IMG/VR virus record: IMGVR_UViG_3300024327_000003
Coordinates: 10,682-74,681 of that record
From: a virus
Length of the DNA: 64,000 nt
Reading direction: 5' to 3' (one strand)
Shown: piece after piece, positions 47,457 through 57,160 of the stretch
Numbering within the stretch: position 1 is the stretch's first letter
How the letters are laid out: every line of letters starts with the position of its first letter
Notes under the pieces: model-generated
What the model was told of the DNA's origin: nothing
Databases searched by the model: none
The model's input: the letters and a program-made list of their open reading frames with translations, nothing else
Position numbers and translations under genes: made by a program

Positions 47457-49163
47457 TTAAGGGTTATTGATTGGAGCCAGTATAGCATTCCATTTTACAC
47501 TGTCAACTGTGTATTTTTTACCAGGAGCAACAATACAACTTTTTGTGAGTTTACCCATTGGACCGTGCGCAGGGAGATTAGTAAGATTAGGATCGCTACT
47601 AGACAAACGCCCTGACTGAGCACCACCCAATTTAAGACTACCATGTAGAAAATCCTTCTCTTGCATAAATGCTTTTATAAAAGTTCCATTAATTTTATTG
47701 GCTTCAGCTAGCTCTCGTATAAATTCGAGCAAATCAATTACATTTTGATTAGTTGTATGATTAGCTAAATTCTCTAATATATCTCCGCTAGTAGAAGGAG
47801 CTCCTGTCTTTGTTTTCTCTAATACAGGTAGTCCTAACGTATCAAAAAATAATTGCCCTATCTGTAGAGGGCTTCGTGGATTAAATTCGATATCTTGAAA
47901 AGCATCAATTGTTTTAACAGGAGTACGTACCTTTACTCCCTGTAATATTCTTTCAGCACGATCTGCTTTATTTTTATCACAAGCTTTCTTTCGCAATAAT
48001 ATATTAAAATGCATTACGCAGCTATTATCTTGAATTTGCTCATTAAGAATTTTTTGCTTAGCTGCCAGAATTTGATTTACCTCTTTGACTCTATCTGAAT
48101 CCATAGGCAAACCAACTAGCATCATTTTAAGAATAGGGTAGATACTAGGCTGGAATATTTCTACGTAAGGTCTGGAAGTAATTTCATCTTGGTACTTCTC
48201 CCATAGGTAGAAAGTACCTAAAGTATCAATCAAGTTGTATTGCAAGATTTCTTGCTTGGTATACTTGGTTATATCTTCGATCTCGATAGCATAATTACCG
48301 ACATAATCGAGAGCTAGTTCTTTAAGTCCCAGTCCAACATGCGTAGTTGCATTCTTAGCTATAAAAGCTAATAGCATCGTGTCATCAATATCCTTAAAAT
48401 ATTTTAAACCTTCAAGCATACCTGCATAGTCAGTGCCATGTTCCATCCATAAATGTCGAATGAGCATCTTTCCGTCATATAGTCCTCCATGGAATATTAG
48501 CTTACCTGTGTAAGCTTGAAGGAATTTACGTAGGTAATACATACCTGTAATAGATAAATCAATTGCAATTCCATCATGTTTACTCCATGCGAAGGATACC
48601 GATACGATCTGATCATAAAGAGTTAGCCCGGTAGTTTCAATATCTGCTGCCAGTACAGGATACTTGTGTAGTGAATCTAATAATTCTCTATCGGATCCAT
48701 ATTCGAATCCGTATTGAGCTGTCTTAATTAAAACAGAGGTTCCTGTACCAGCTATAGCTTTAAGTCCTAGATCAATTAATTGCGAGTTTTCAGGTTGCTT
48801 AAAAAGTGTCTTATAATTCGGAACATATACGCAATTAAATGCTGAATATCCATCATGTTTACCTTTTATTGTAGTGCCATAATACGTAGATACTTTTCCT
48901 GCACCAGTAATAAATTTGTAATAGCTACTATCTGCAATAATTAAATTAATAACAGTATCAGGAATCCTGCTAAGTAATTTATCTAGATAAGCTTTAGCAG
49001 TTTTAGCGTAAACTTTAACTGCATTATTATAATATAAAGGCTTTATTAATATAGCATCAGTAGGGATTCCTTCTTTAGCTAAAGGCTGCAAGTAGTGGGT
49101 ATCAATTGCTGCAGTACCCATTGCAGATTCTTTAATTAAAATTACTGTAGTTATATCAGGCAT
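47457..49163 (-). CDS. DNA polymerase family A, N-terminal fragment (N4-type N-domain, 3'-5' exonuclease, thumb)
   Basis: AADIETTGL (ExoI), FHGGLYD (ExoII), YNLID (ExoIII), FNPRS..Q, GRLSSSDPNL.NLP. Confidence 0.9.
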   Translation of the reverse strand: MPDITTVILIKESAMGTAAIDTHYLQPLAKEGIPTDAILIKPLYYNNAVKVYAKTAKAYLDKLLSRIPDTVINLIIADSSYYKFITGAGKVSTYYGTTIKGKHDGYSAFNCVYVPNYKTLFKQPENSQLIDLGLKAIAGTGTSVLIKTAQYGFEYGSDRELLDSLHKYPVLAADIETTGLTLYDQIVSVSFAWSKHDGIAIDLSITGMYYLRKFLQAYTGKLIFHGGLYDGKMLIRHLWMEHGTDYAGMLEGLKYFKDIDDTMLLAFIAKNATTHVGLGLKELALDYVGNYAIEIEDITKYTKQEILQYNLIDTLGTFYLWEKYQDEITSRPYVEIFQPSIYPILKMMLVGLPMDSDRVKEVNQILAAKQKILNEQIQDNSCVMHFNILLRKKACDKNKADRAERILQGVKVRTPVKTIDAFQDIEFNPRSPLQIGQLFFDTLGLPVLEKTKTGAPSTSGDILENLANHTTNQNVIDLLEFIRELAEANKINGTFIKAFMQEKDFLHGSLKLGGAQSGRLSSSDPNLTNLPAHGPMGKLTKSCIVAPGKKYTVDSVKWNAILAPINNP

Positions 49164-49180
49164 ATTACTTCCTTTAAAAA

Positions 49181-49345
49181 TTAATACGGTTCTATTTGCA
49201 TAGTTCCTGTGTGCTCTATACTTTGTATAGGATCATCATCATTTAAAGCATGAAAATGATCACCTAATTTATTTATAGCATCGTCTATATCTTTTGCTTC
49301 AAATACAATATCTGCAGTAAAGTGAAATTTTTTATCAGTCGACAT
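49181..49345 (-). CDS. 54-aa hypothetical protein (not in ORF track)
   Basis: MSTDKKFHFTADIVFEAKDIDDA...EPY*; GGAG RBS; fills the gap between the vWA and polymerase genes. Confidence 0.5.
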   Translation of the reverse strand: MSTDKKFHFTADIVFEAKDIDDAINKLGDHFHALNDDDPIQSIEHTGTMQIEPY

Positions 49346-50429
49346 AAATAGTTTCTCCTATATTGCATGGTTCGTGCTCTGAATTGCATATCCATAAAAT
49401 AGGATAATCTACTTCATCCAATTTCTCTTCGCCGTATAAATCAGTGAAATATACAAGAGCCTGGGTAGGATTTTCGGCTACGTAGTCTAGTACTGGCATA
49501 AAACTAGTGCCTCCACCTCCATGAAAGCTCAAGGACATTATATCAGTATTCTGATTAACATCGTGTACTTTATGAATCTTGGCGTCACAATCTATAATAG
49601 TCATTCGTTCAGGATTAAATACATCTCTGATGCCTTTAATTTCGCTTAGCATAGCGCTCAATTCTTCATCACTTACACTGCCACTCGTATCAATTGCGAA
49701 GGTTAAATGCCCTAATCCGTAGCTGTGCAGGCTAGGCAGATAAGTAGACCTAAATCTACGATTTCTCCGTGCCCAGGAGTATTCTTCTCGAGTTCTTTGA
49801 TCTAAGAATCTATTTAATATAACTGGCCAAGGCAATTTAGGATTTAGGAGCTTATCGATAACTCTGGCAATCTCATCTGGGATCTCTCCAGCTGATTTCT
49901 CACCAGATATCTGTGCTTGAGTCTGAGCTCGAACAATAATATCAGTGATGGTAGATCGAGCATCAGGAGCCTCTGCTCCTTCACCATAAATAAGATCCAG
50001 CATCATATTATTGCAAGGCTTACCTTCTTTAATTAGATCATCATATACACCATCAGTAGACCAACCATTTCCGTATTTAGAGCTGAGTAACCCATTAACA
50101 GGTATTTCAAATCCTGCTTTAATAAGCATATGATTAATTATATAGTCTCCTGCATGATTCCATACATCCGGGCATCTATCTCCTCTACGACCGGCATGTT
50201 GAAATGCCAGATGCCAGCATTCATGAGCTATTAATCCAGCAAATTGTGAGACTGTTTGTTTTTCTATAAAATCAGGATTATAGCGGATAGTAGTTTTGCA
50301 GACATCAGCGGTTTTAGTGGCAGGAGTAATTATGTGACGAACACTTAATGCAATAGTAGAAATAAAGACCGATCGAGTCATCAGCTCTATCTTGGCCTTG
50401 AGTAATTTACTCTCCAGTTCTTTAGACAT
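49335..50429 (-). CDS. metallopeptidase-vWA protein (N4 gp25-like)
   Basis: HECWH, WN.AGDY.IN, AIDTSGSVS (MIDAS), GGGGTSF, YFTD. Confidence 0.9.
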   Translation of the reverse strand: MSKELESKLLKAKIELMTRSVFISTIALSVRHIITPATKTADVCKTTIRYNPDFIEKQTVSQFAGLIAHECWHLAFQHAGRRGDRCPDVWNHAGDYIINHMLIKAGFEIPVNGLLSSKYGNGWSTDGVYDDLIKEGKPCNNMMLDLIYGEGAEAPDARSTITDIIVRAQTQAQISGEKSAGEIPDEIARVIDKLLNPKLPWPVILNRFLDQRTREEYSWARRNRRFRSTYLPSLHSYGLGHLTFAIDTSGSVSDEELSAMLSEIKGIRDVFNPERMTIIDCDAKIHKVHDVNQNTDIMSLSFHGGGGTSFMPVLDYVAENPTQALVYFTDLYGEEKLDEVDYPILWICNSEHEPCNIGETIYVD

Positions 50430-50432
50430 AAA

Positions 50433-50843
50433 TTATCCTACTTCAGTCATATAATAAATAATACGATGATTCTCATCTATCGTATCAGGAAATGCTTCTA
50501 AAATATTTCTAGCGTGTTTCTGACATGGCTGTAATTTAGTAGAATCTTGCTGTAATAATAAATCAGCAATTATCATTTTTAATTCAATAACAAACATATA
50601 GCTATATGTTTTTTTATAAGGTTTACGATGCGTATTTACAAAACGTTCATCACGTTCTACTTGCACTTTTTTACTAGCACCGGATGGTATGCCTTGTCGA
50701 AGTGGGCCTGTAAATTGATTTTCTTTATGCCAACAAAATAACATCCAGTATAAAGTAGAATCGTGAGGAAAACACATTTCTCCTATTAACGTCCAAACAT
50801 TATTTACTTTTTCTTCTGCATACATAAAAATATTAAGACTCAT
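50433..50843 (-). CDS. hypothetical protein
   Basis: ORF with AGGA RBS. Confidence 0.55.
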   Translation of the reverse strand: MSLNIFMYAEEKVNNVWTLIGEMCFPHDSTLYWMLFCWHKENQFTGPLRQGIPSGASKKVQVERDERFVNTHRKPYKKTYSYMFVIELKMIIADLLLQQDSTKLQPCQKHARNILEAFPDTIDENHRIIYYMTEVG

Positions 50844-50851
50844 AACATTTC

Positions 50852-51742
50852 CTATATATCAGATGGGTCTCGAAATCCTATGAATACGGGATGTCGAGGT
50901 AATTCTTTTACCCCAATATGAAAATATTTATATTTAATTAATCTGCCCATTTCTTGCTTACGACCATCCCATATATCTTGACGTAATAAATCTGAGAATC
51001 CTGTACCAACGTTAAATACAAAACCGGTTTCTGTATCTCGACAAATTAAAGCTCCTAATGTTCCTGTAGGAACTTTGTTTTCTTGATGGGATGAACGTTG
51101 AGTTCTGCCTAATTCATTTGTTTTAGCTTCATTGGCATTGTGCATACGCTCTTCAAATCCAACGATAGTAGCTTCAGAATCAGTAAATCGTTTTACTTTA
51201 ATAAGATGTCCTTGCTTAGCTGTGGATCTACCGTATTTATATTCAGCACCTGGATCTCGGAGAATAATTCCTTCATATCCTTGCAGTAAACAAGATTCTT
51301 CATACGCTTGCATCTCATTCATATTAGTAATAATTTGAGATTGAAGAATTTGAATATTTTCAGGTAAGGGAAATTCTTTTAATAAATTAAATCTATCTAT
51401 ATACGCATTTGCATTTAGACAATGATCAAATACATAGAATGTGAAATTAGGTATTCCGGATGATCGCATAACAGCACTAACTGTTTGGTTATACACATCA
51501 TGAGCAGTAGGACTGCCCACAATTAATTCTCCATCTAATCCATTAAATTCTTCTTTAGCTAATAGAATCTTAATGTGCTGATTTTGAATTAATTTAAGAG
51601 ACCTAGATAGAGCTATTCCATTTTGAATTAAACAACGGATGCCGTCTAGTTTAGGAGAGGCAATCATGTGACCGAATTTATCTATTAAATCTTTAATCTG
51701 TATATCTGTAGCTTTAGCAGCTAGCATAGGTTTAACTGGCAT
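50852..51742 (-). CDS. ATP-dependent DNA ligase
   Basis: KPMLA, SPKLDGIRC, LDGEL, FYVFD, GYEGIILR, K.KRF.D.EA, VGTGF, PRHPVF. Confidence 0.93.
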   Translation of the reverse strand: MPVKPMLAAKATDIQIKDLIDKFGHMIASPKLDGIRCLIQNGIALSRSLKLIQNQHIKILLAKEEFNGLDGELIVGSPTAHDVYNQTVSAVMRSSGIPNFTFYVFDHCLNANAYIDRFNLLKEFPLPENIQILQSQIITNMNEMQAYEESCLLQGYEGIILRDPGAEYKYGRSTAKQGHLIKVKRFTDSEATIVGFEERMHNANEAKTNELGRTQRSSHQENKVPTGTLGALICRDTETGFVFNVGTGFSDLLRQDIWDGRKQEMGRLIKYKYFHIGVKELPRHPVFIGFRDPSDI

Positions 51743-51929
51743 AATTACCCTCTAAAAAATGTTTAACTTTAGCTTGTAAAGCTTTTTCGTATGTTGAGTA
51801 AACTCCAATATTTTTCCAGCAATTTTTTTCAACTTCATAATCTAGAAAAAATTGATCTCGTTGATACTGGTTATAGTGCTCAATACGATATCTCATCAGA
51901 ACATAATGCTTGCATTTCTTGAAATCCAA
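51732..51929 (-). CDS. hypothetical protein
   Basis: ORF track; overlaps both neighbours. Confidence 0.4.
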   Translation of the reverse strand: MDFKKCKHYVLMRYRIEHYNQYQRDQFFLDYEVEKNCWKNIGVYSTYEKALQAKVKHFLEGNYAS

Positions 51930-52942
51930 TTAACAATAGAAGGATGTTTCTGTAATTCAGGAGTTCTCTTATAAATATCTTTAAAAGTAATTACCTGGAA
52001 ATCGATAGGCAATCGTTCAATAGCTATGATAATTTTATCTATACTTTCTACAGTAGTATTGTGAGATAGCATCGTAGTCACAGCATATTGCTCACTAGGT
52101 TCTGTAGGAACTTTCCATCCTGATCTAGGATCTTTAAGTATTTCTTCGATCGTAGGTAAGCTTTTATAAATATCAGAATAGACTGCTAGTTCAGATGCAG
52201 CTCCTGCTCCAACTGTGCCGGCTAATCTGATTTTAGTAATTTCCCCTAATGTGGTTTTATTAGTAATAATTTTAGAAGCAAATTCCCATGTACGAGGACA
52301 TGGAAAAGTAAGCTCCTGGGTATTTGGATCAAATTTATGCAGAATATCTGGTTTAAATTTAATGAAAGAGATAATACGATGATCAAGGTTATTGGCATTT
52401 GCCCAATCGATCCATGCTCTATGATCAATTTGCAATCTATAATTAATTAATCGTGAGGTAGTAGCGGTGCTTTGAGTATTTACGATAGCTCTATCTGTGA
52501 TTAAATTACCGGCTGCAGCAATTAGACATTTTGGATGTAATTTATGTTTATATACTTCTCTATCCAAAATTAATTTATATGATGCAGCTTCGGTTTGTTT
52601 ATTTCCTGAATTAAGTTCATCAAGAAATATTAACCATCCTTCGTATCGCTCTGTAGGATCTTCTGGATTGTTTGTCAGTGGTAATTCATCTCCCACAATA
52701 GGAAAGTATTCGGGGATATGAAAGGTCATCCTTCCGTCTATGACTCCAGGATAACCTTGCATATCCACTGGCTCACATTGAGATACACGAATATCAATAA
52801 GTAAGAGTTTAAACTGTTTAGCTACATCTCGGATAATATCTGATTTACCCATACCCGGACTGGATGCTACCATCGGGGTAAGGCCTGCTTTGAGATCTTC
52901 AATTAAGCATTCACGTAATTGCACGGTATTTACTTCATACAT
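51896..52942 (-). CDS. MoxR-like AAA+ ATPase (N4 gp24-like)
   Basis: SSPGMGKS, IFLDELN, YKLILDR, AAGN, PCPRTWEF; partner vWA gene nearby. Confidence 0.9.
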   Translation of the reverse strand: MYEVNTVQLRECLIEDLKAGLTPMVASSPGMGKSDIIRDVAKQFKLLLIDIRVSQCEPVDMQGYPGVIDGRMTFHIPEYFPIVGDELPLTNNPEDPTERYEGWLIFLDELNSGNKQTEAASYKLILDREVYKHKLHPKCLIAAAGNLITDRAIVNTQSTATTSRLINYRLQIDHRAWIDWANANNLDHRIISFIKFKPDILHKFDPNTQELTFPCPRTWEFASKIITNKTTLGEITKIRLAGTVGAGAASELAVYSDIYKSLPTIEEILKDPRSGWKVPTEPSEQYAVTTMLSHNTTVESIDKIIIAIERLPIDFQVITFKDIYKRTPELQKHPSIVNWISRNASIMF

Positions 52943-52943
52943 T

Positions 52944-53558
52944 TTAGTTTCCTTCGAGTAGATTGGTTGTTAATCGGTTTTTAAGAAAATCTGGTTCCGG
53001 AGGACTTATTATTTTAGTTTTAGTTTTCTTTTTAGAACTTTTAACAGGTTCAGGTGGAAAATATTTATGTAAAGACTCTGGCCAAACCTTTTTTAATTGA
53101 AGTGATCCAGAATAAGTATCAGTAGTTGTGTCCAGAAAATTTTTCATTTTGCCCTTTTCTGTATTTAGGGCGATAATTTCTTCACATAATTCAGCTGCGG
53201 AATCTTGCAATCTTCGATCTAAATTGGATTTTGCATGCTTAAGATTTCCAAGAAAAATTGGATCAGGATTAATTACATTTTTAGTTTGTTTATATTCCCA
53301 AATTTCTTGTAAAGCGTATTTAGTATGATCATTAATTGCTGGCTTATATTTGATAAATACCTGATAACAGGTATTTACACTAAATAAATTTTCAGGTATT
53401 TGATCAATGAATTGCTGAAGAGGTGCCATTACGTATTCTCTGTTTTTCTTAGCTATTTCAATTCGCCTGGTCATTAATTTCTCTTCTAATGCTCCGTATA
53501 AATCTTCCAATATTTTTTCCTTTATTCCCTTTAATTCATACCAGGATAATCGTGCCAT
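52944..53558 (-). CDS. hypothetical protein, possibly Nmad5-like
   Basis: Helical; C-terminal QLKKVWPE....P resembles nucleotide-modification-associated domain 5. Confidence 0.4.
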   Translation of the reverse strand: MARLSWYELKGIKEKILEDLYGALEEKLMTRRIEIAKKNREYVMAPLQQFIDQIPENLFSVNTCYQVFIKYKPAINDHTKYALQEIWEYKQTKNVINPDPIFLGNLKHAKSNLDRRLQDSAAELCEEIIALNTEKGKMKNFLDTTTDTYSGSLQLKKVWPESLHKYFPPEPVKSSKKKTKTKIISPPEPDFLKNRLTTNLLEGN

Positions 53559-53561
53559 GTG

Positions 53562-53753
53562 CTATTTCTCCAATACTCGTTCGAGTCTAAATTGATTAAT
53601 TTGACGCCGTACTTCACACACTGAGCTATCGTGCATATTAGCTATATATTTAATTTGTGGCTTAATTGAGACACCGTCTTTAACGCATTTATCGTATATT
53701 CTCCAATTAAGACAAGCTTTTAATGTGCAAGATTTAACTGCAAAAACCGACAT
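53562..53753 (-). CDS. hypothetical protein
   Basis: ORF with AGGAG RBS. Confidence 0.55.
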   Translation of the reverse strand: MSVFAVKSCTLKACLNWRIYDKCVKDGVSIKPQIKYIANMHDSSVCEVRRQINQFRLERVLEK

Positions 53754-53818
53754 TGGGATTCTCCTGTGTATTTGTGTACTCTAGTCCTTTCAATATCGTA
53801 ATCTTAAGTATGAAAGAT

Positions 53819-53927
53819 GTTAAGAGCTGGTGCGCTCCTTAATAAATGCTTACTTGGCTCAGCTGCCACAGAGGAGATAACGTTAAGTCTCCTGTTAACA
53901 GCCTTACTATTAAGGCCAGCTCTTAAC
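53819..53927. ncRNA. candidate ~109-nt branched stem-loop RNA
   Basis: Perfect 12-bp closing stem GTTAAGAGCTGG/CCAGCTCTTAAC with inner stems. Confidence 0.4.
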
Positions 53928-53960
53928 AAAAAAAAATAGACTCCCCGAAGGGAGTCTATT
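53928..53960 (-). terminator. Rho-independent terminator after RNAP II
   Basis: On - strand AATAGACTCCC-TTCG-GGGAGTCTATT followed by a T run. Confidence 0.9.
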
Positions 53961-54070
53961 CTAAAGACCTGTTGCAAATCCACATGTAGGCCGTCTCTAG
54001 CAATTCTGCTATGAGCTCTGTCAGTGGTAAGTTGGTAGTGATGAAGTACCGTCCTAACAAGGGCAAGTCT

Positions 54071-55813
54071 TTAAGAAAGCATATAACTGCTTTTAAGAAT
54101 ATCCTGATCTAAGTCATTGCTATGTTTGCTTAACTTAAGAGTAGGATTATTACTAATTTGACCCAGGATATCAGCAAGCAGATCCCCTGAAGCAATATCA
54201 GCCATGATCAGCTTATACGTATTAACTACGTCATTTAAGTGATCTGGGCTAAAGACAAAGCAATCATGTACATGACTCAATTGAAAGTTACATAACCGAA
54301 CCATTTCCCGGGCTATATAACCATCGATCGAATGAATAACATTAGCCGGTAAAGATCTAAAGTTATCAGAACAGGTTTGATGGTAATACCTGAGAGGTAT
54401 TTCTCCTAGTTCAGGATCTCTATATACAGCGTTAAGACCTTCAACCACTGGTACGTATACTGTATGGCCATCGGGCATTGTCCACGTATGATGATCAGCT
54501 TCAGGGTTCCAACATGCATTGATCGTATCCATAACATCTTCGGCGCCTGGCAATAAGCCTTTAATTACTTGATAAAATACATGTAATTCTTGCTCTGTGA
54601 GCAAGGCTTTAGGCGTAGCTTTGGAGTTATAGTAATGAGTCATCCCAGCATATTTAATGATTTTCCTAGGTACAGGCTTGTTTATATTAGCATTCATTAA
54701 ATTAGCTATTTCACCATATACATCGTATCTGGTGGTAGGATCAGTCATATTGACCAATTTAGCTGTTTTCTTACACCCGGATAGAGCAGCCATAATCTGA
54801 AGGCCTGAGGCTGTCGCATCGAGACTCATTACATACCCTGAAGGTTTGCCTTCAGTGCTATCTTTGAGCGCTCTAACAGCCTTTCTGCCTAAGATAGGCT
54901 CTTCCCAAGGAATCTTATCAACATCCGGTTGACTTGCTGTCCAATTTATACGTTCCTTCCAGGTAAGCTTATCCTGGCCGGCATGGTTTGCAATAGCAAT
55001 ATACAGATTGGGTATATTGGTAATCATCTCCTTATTATGCAATGAGATAAGAGCTTTGCCATACTCATTTGTTTGAAGATTTAGATCATACCCGGATGAA
55101 TAGCTTCTTCCCCGGGAATCATATCTCCATACAAAATGAAATGGCTGACCAATATACTCGTTAATAACTCGTAAGAATTTTCTCTTATTGAGATTATGAT
55201 TAGTTTCCTTCTCCAGGAGATATGTATCAGCATCTATCTCCCAAGGAATCGATTGAAGCTTATTAATAACATCATAAGCTAAAGGTTTATTATGCTTGGT
55301 AAATCTGCTACCTAATATCAGGTGCTTTGTTTCCCATAACCATCCACCGTTATGATTATCTGTCCAATTTAACGGTTTTACTTTCATGGGAGGCAGATAC
55401 TGTAACTTAGCTAACTTTTGCTGGGTTTGTTTATCGAGAGTAAAGTTCGGGCATACATACCATTCATTTTCAATATGTTTAAGGGTATATAAGCCCGACT
55501 CTTTACAACTCTTTACCAGTAAAATACCCCATTCAAATGCTTCAGCAGAGTCTTGAATACCAGCCATACGGCCAAGCTGAGTAGCAATTGCCTGGATAGG
55601 TTTACCAATTTTATCTCTAAGAATCAGAGAAAAGAACTTAATAAACAGATCTTTATTAGCCATCTTGCCTCTATTCAAATCAGCAAGCCCCTGAAGAATA
55701 TTCAGTTCCATATCCAATGGGATATGTCCCCGAATAGCTTCAAGTATTATTGTATCGGTAATTCTGGTCGACCAGGTTGTTTCTAACGCGTATTGATCAA
55801 TAGATTCGGTCAT
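54071..55813 (-). CDS. N4 RNAP II-type T7-like RNA polymerase, single chain (gp15+gp16 equivalent)
   Basis: YLPPM..P..W, YDSRGRSY..GY..N.Q, LDATASGLQI (A), RKIIK...MTHYY (B), NVIHSIDG, VHDCF (C) all in one 580-aa ORF. Confidence 0.9.
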   Translation of the reverse strand: MTESIDQYALETTWSTRITDTIILEAIRGHIPLDMELNILQGLADLNRGKMANKDLFIKFFSLILRDKIGKPIQAIATQLGRMAGIQDSAEAFEWGILLVKSCKESGLYTLKHIENEWYVCPNFTLDKQTQQKLAKLQYLPPMKVKPLNWTDNHNGGWLWETKHLILGSRFTKHNKPLAYDVINKLQSIPWEIDADTYLLEKETNHNLNKRKFLRVINEYIGQPFHFVWRYDSRGRSYSSGYDLNLQTNEYGKALISLHNKEMITNIPNLYIAIANHAGQDKLTWKERINWTASQPDVDKIPWEEPILGRKAVRALKDSTEGKPSGYVMSLDATASGLQIMAALSGCKKTAKLVNMTDPTTRYDVYGEIANLMNANINKPVPRKIIKYAGMTHYYNSKATPKALLTEQELHVFYQVIKGLLPGAEDVMDTINACWNPEADHHTWTMPDGHTVYVPVVEGLNAVYRDPELGEIPLRYYHQTCSDNFRSLPANVIHSIDGYIAREMVRLCNFQLSHVHDCFVFSPDHLNDVVNTYKLIMADIASGDLLADILGQISNNPTLKLSKHSNDLDQDILKSSYMLS

Positions 55814-55841
55814 TAAGGAGCTCCTTCTTAATGTAAATTGA

Positions 55842-56399
55842 TTAAATAGTATCTAAATATTTTACCATTGCATCACTAATGCCGTGCTTTGGAGCAGTTC
55901 TGTCTTTGGGAACCATATACCCATGAGCTACTAACAAAGTTTCAAATTTATCTACATACAAAGCAGGTAGAATTAAACTAATTCTATTAGGATTGGATAC
56001 GATAACAGGCCTAGATTTGTAAGTATTTATAGACTTAGCAATCTTGATAAAGTTTGTAACTGATGTCTTTTTCTTAGTTCCCCAACGCTGTTGGGCCATT
56101 ACTGTTCGACTATAACTAAGAGATTTAGCTATTGTTTGAATCTCAGTCCATTTGTACCATTTAGATAGTTGATTATAATTTGATACCCACAGCAATACAT
56201 TGCCTGGAAGTAAATCAGGAAATTCTGCCAGAACAAAATCTCGAAAAGTTACATACGGAGATTTTGGCCAGATAATCATGCTATGAATCTGTGCAAATGC
56301 TCTAGCACGTTCCCAACGGCTAATTGCCATATCTTTTCCTGCTTTATCAATAACTTTAACCTGTTTTGCTATCATCTTTTTAATTTGGATTTTATTCAT
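55842..56399 (-). CDS. hypothetical basic protein
   Basis: ORF with AAGGA RBS, directly upstream of RNAP II. Confidence 0.6.
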   Translation of the reverse strand: MNKIQIKKMIAKQVKVIDKAGKDMAISRWERARAFAQIHSMIIWPKSPYVTFRDFVLAEFPDLLPGNVLLWVSNYNQLSKWYKWTEIQTIAKSLSYSRTVMAQQRWGTKKKTSVTNFIKIAKSINTYKSRPVIVSNPNRISLILPALYVDKFETLLVAHGYMVPKDRTAPKHGISDAMVKYLDTI

Positions 56400-56416
56400 C
56401 GGTAAATTCCTTATGA

Positions 56417-56704
56417 TTAGGGTTCTAATAATAGTGCTGTACGCACTGTTTTAATATACTGCTCTGCTTCATCTTCTGAATGAAATGCTTGGCTGGAATG
56501 ATCTGGATCATCATTACCTGCATGATCTCTGATCGTAACTCCCCATAACCCTTTTCCAGTTAATCCTTTTCCATATGATATTTCGTATACCAGTCGTCCC
56601 ATTTGAACTCGTTTCCAGGTATCTCGAGTCATAATATTAGGCTGACCAAATATACGATTTAGCTGATTATCGCTTAAATTAACTGCAGGAATAGCCATAG
56701 GCAT
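56417..56704 (-). CDS. hypothetical protein
   Basis: AGGAG RBS; YEISYG.G....WGVT pattern. Confidence 0.6.
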   Translation of the reverse strand: MPMAIPAVNLSDNQLNRIFGQPNIMTRDTWKRVQMGRLVYEISYGKGLTGKGLWGVTIRDHAGNDDPDHSSQAFHSEDEAEQYIKTVRTALLLEP

Positions 56705-57160
56705 ACTTCTCCTTCTGAATGGGGTTGGGGTACCAATTCCGCTGAAAGCGGGTTTAAGAAGGTGTTTCTACGTAGATAATCTGTTCTTCATAACATTCTT
56801 CCGGGGCATGGAAACTGCCATTACTGCACCATCGTCTATTCGTTCCCATACCAAATACATGCCTAGGCTTTTCAGGGTGATAACAGACACAACCTCTGCA
56901 ATCACCACGAGTATTAGCTGGTTTCTTCACTAATTTCATGGCAATACCAGGGCATATCGAATACCTGCTACCAATACATGTCCCATAAGAAACACAGTAA
57001 ATAACAATAAGAGTGACCATCCTGCTAATTTTAATTGTCTTTCCATGACTAGAAACCTCCCATAATATCAAGTATTTTCATAGCTTTATCTTTATAACAG
57101 ATATCGATTGGTGAGCATATTACTTTTAGATAAAATGCCCTGGCTTGCCATAATGTTTGT

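Noticed and set aside
46820-47525. Group I intron carrying the HNH gene
   Set aside because: The insert is nearly all coding, no P7-type core is visible, and the junction restoring APPGW would end the intron in U rather than G
45323-49163. Split inteins or a polymerase pseudogene
   Set aside because: No intein N-terminal block or His-Asn/Cys-Ser-Thr junction; all catalytic motifs are intact and it is the only DNA polymerase seen
53975-54030. Hammerhead ribozyme (CUGACAGA on - strand)
   Set aside because: The required GAAA and stem III are missing
56712-56761. Small three-way hairpin (CCGC-TGAAA-GCGG, TTGG/CCAA)
   Set aside because: Stems are too short to distinguish from chance by eye
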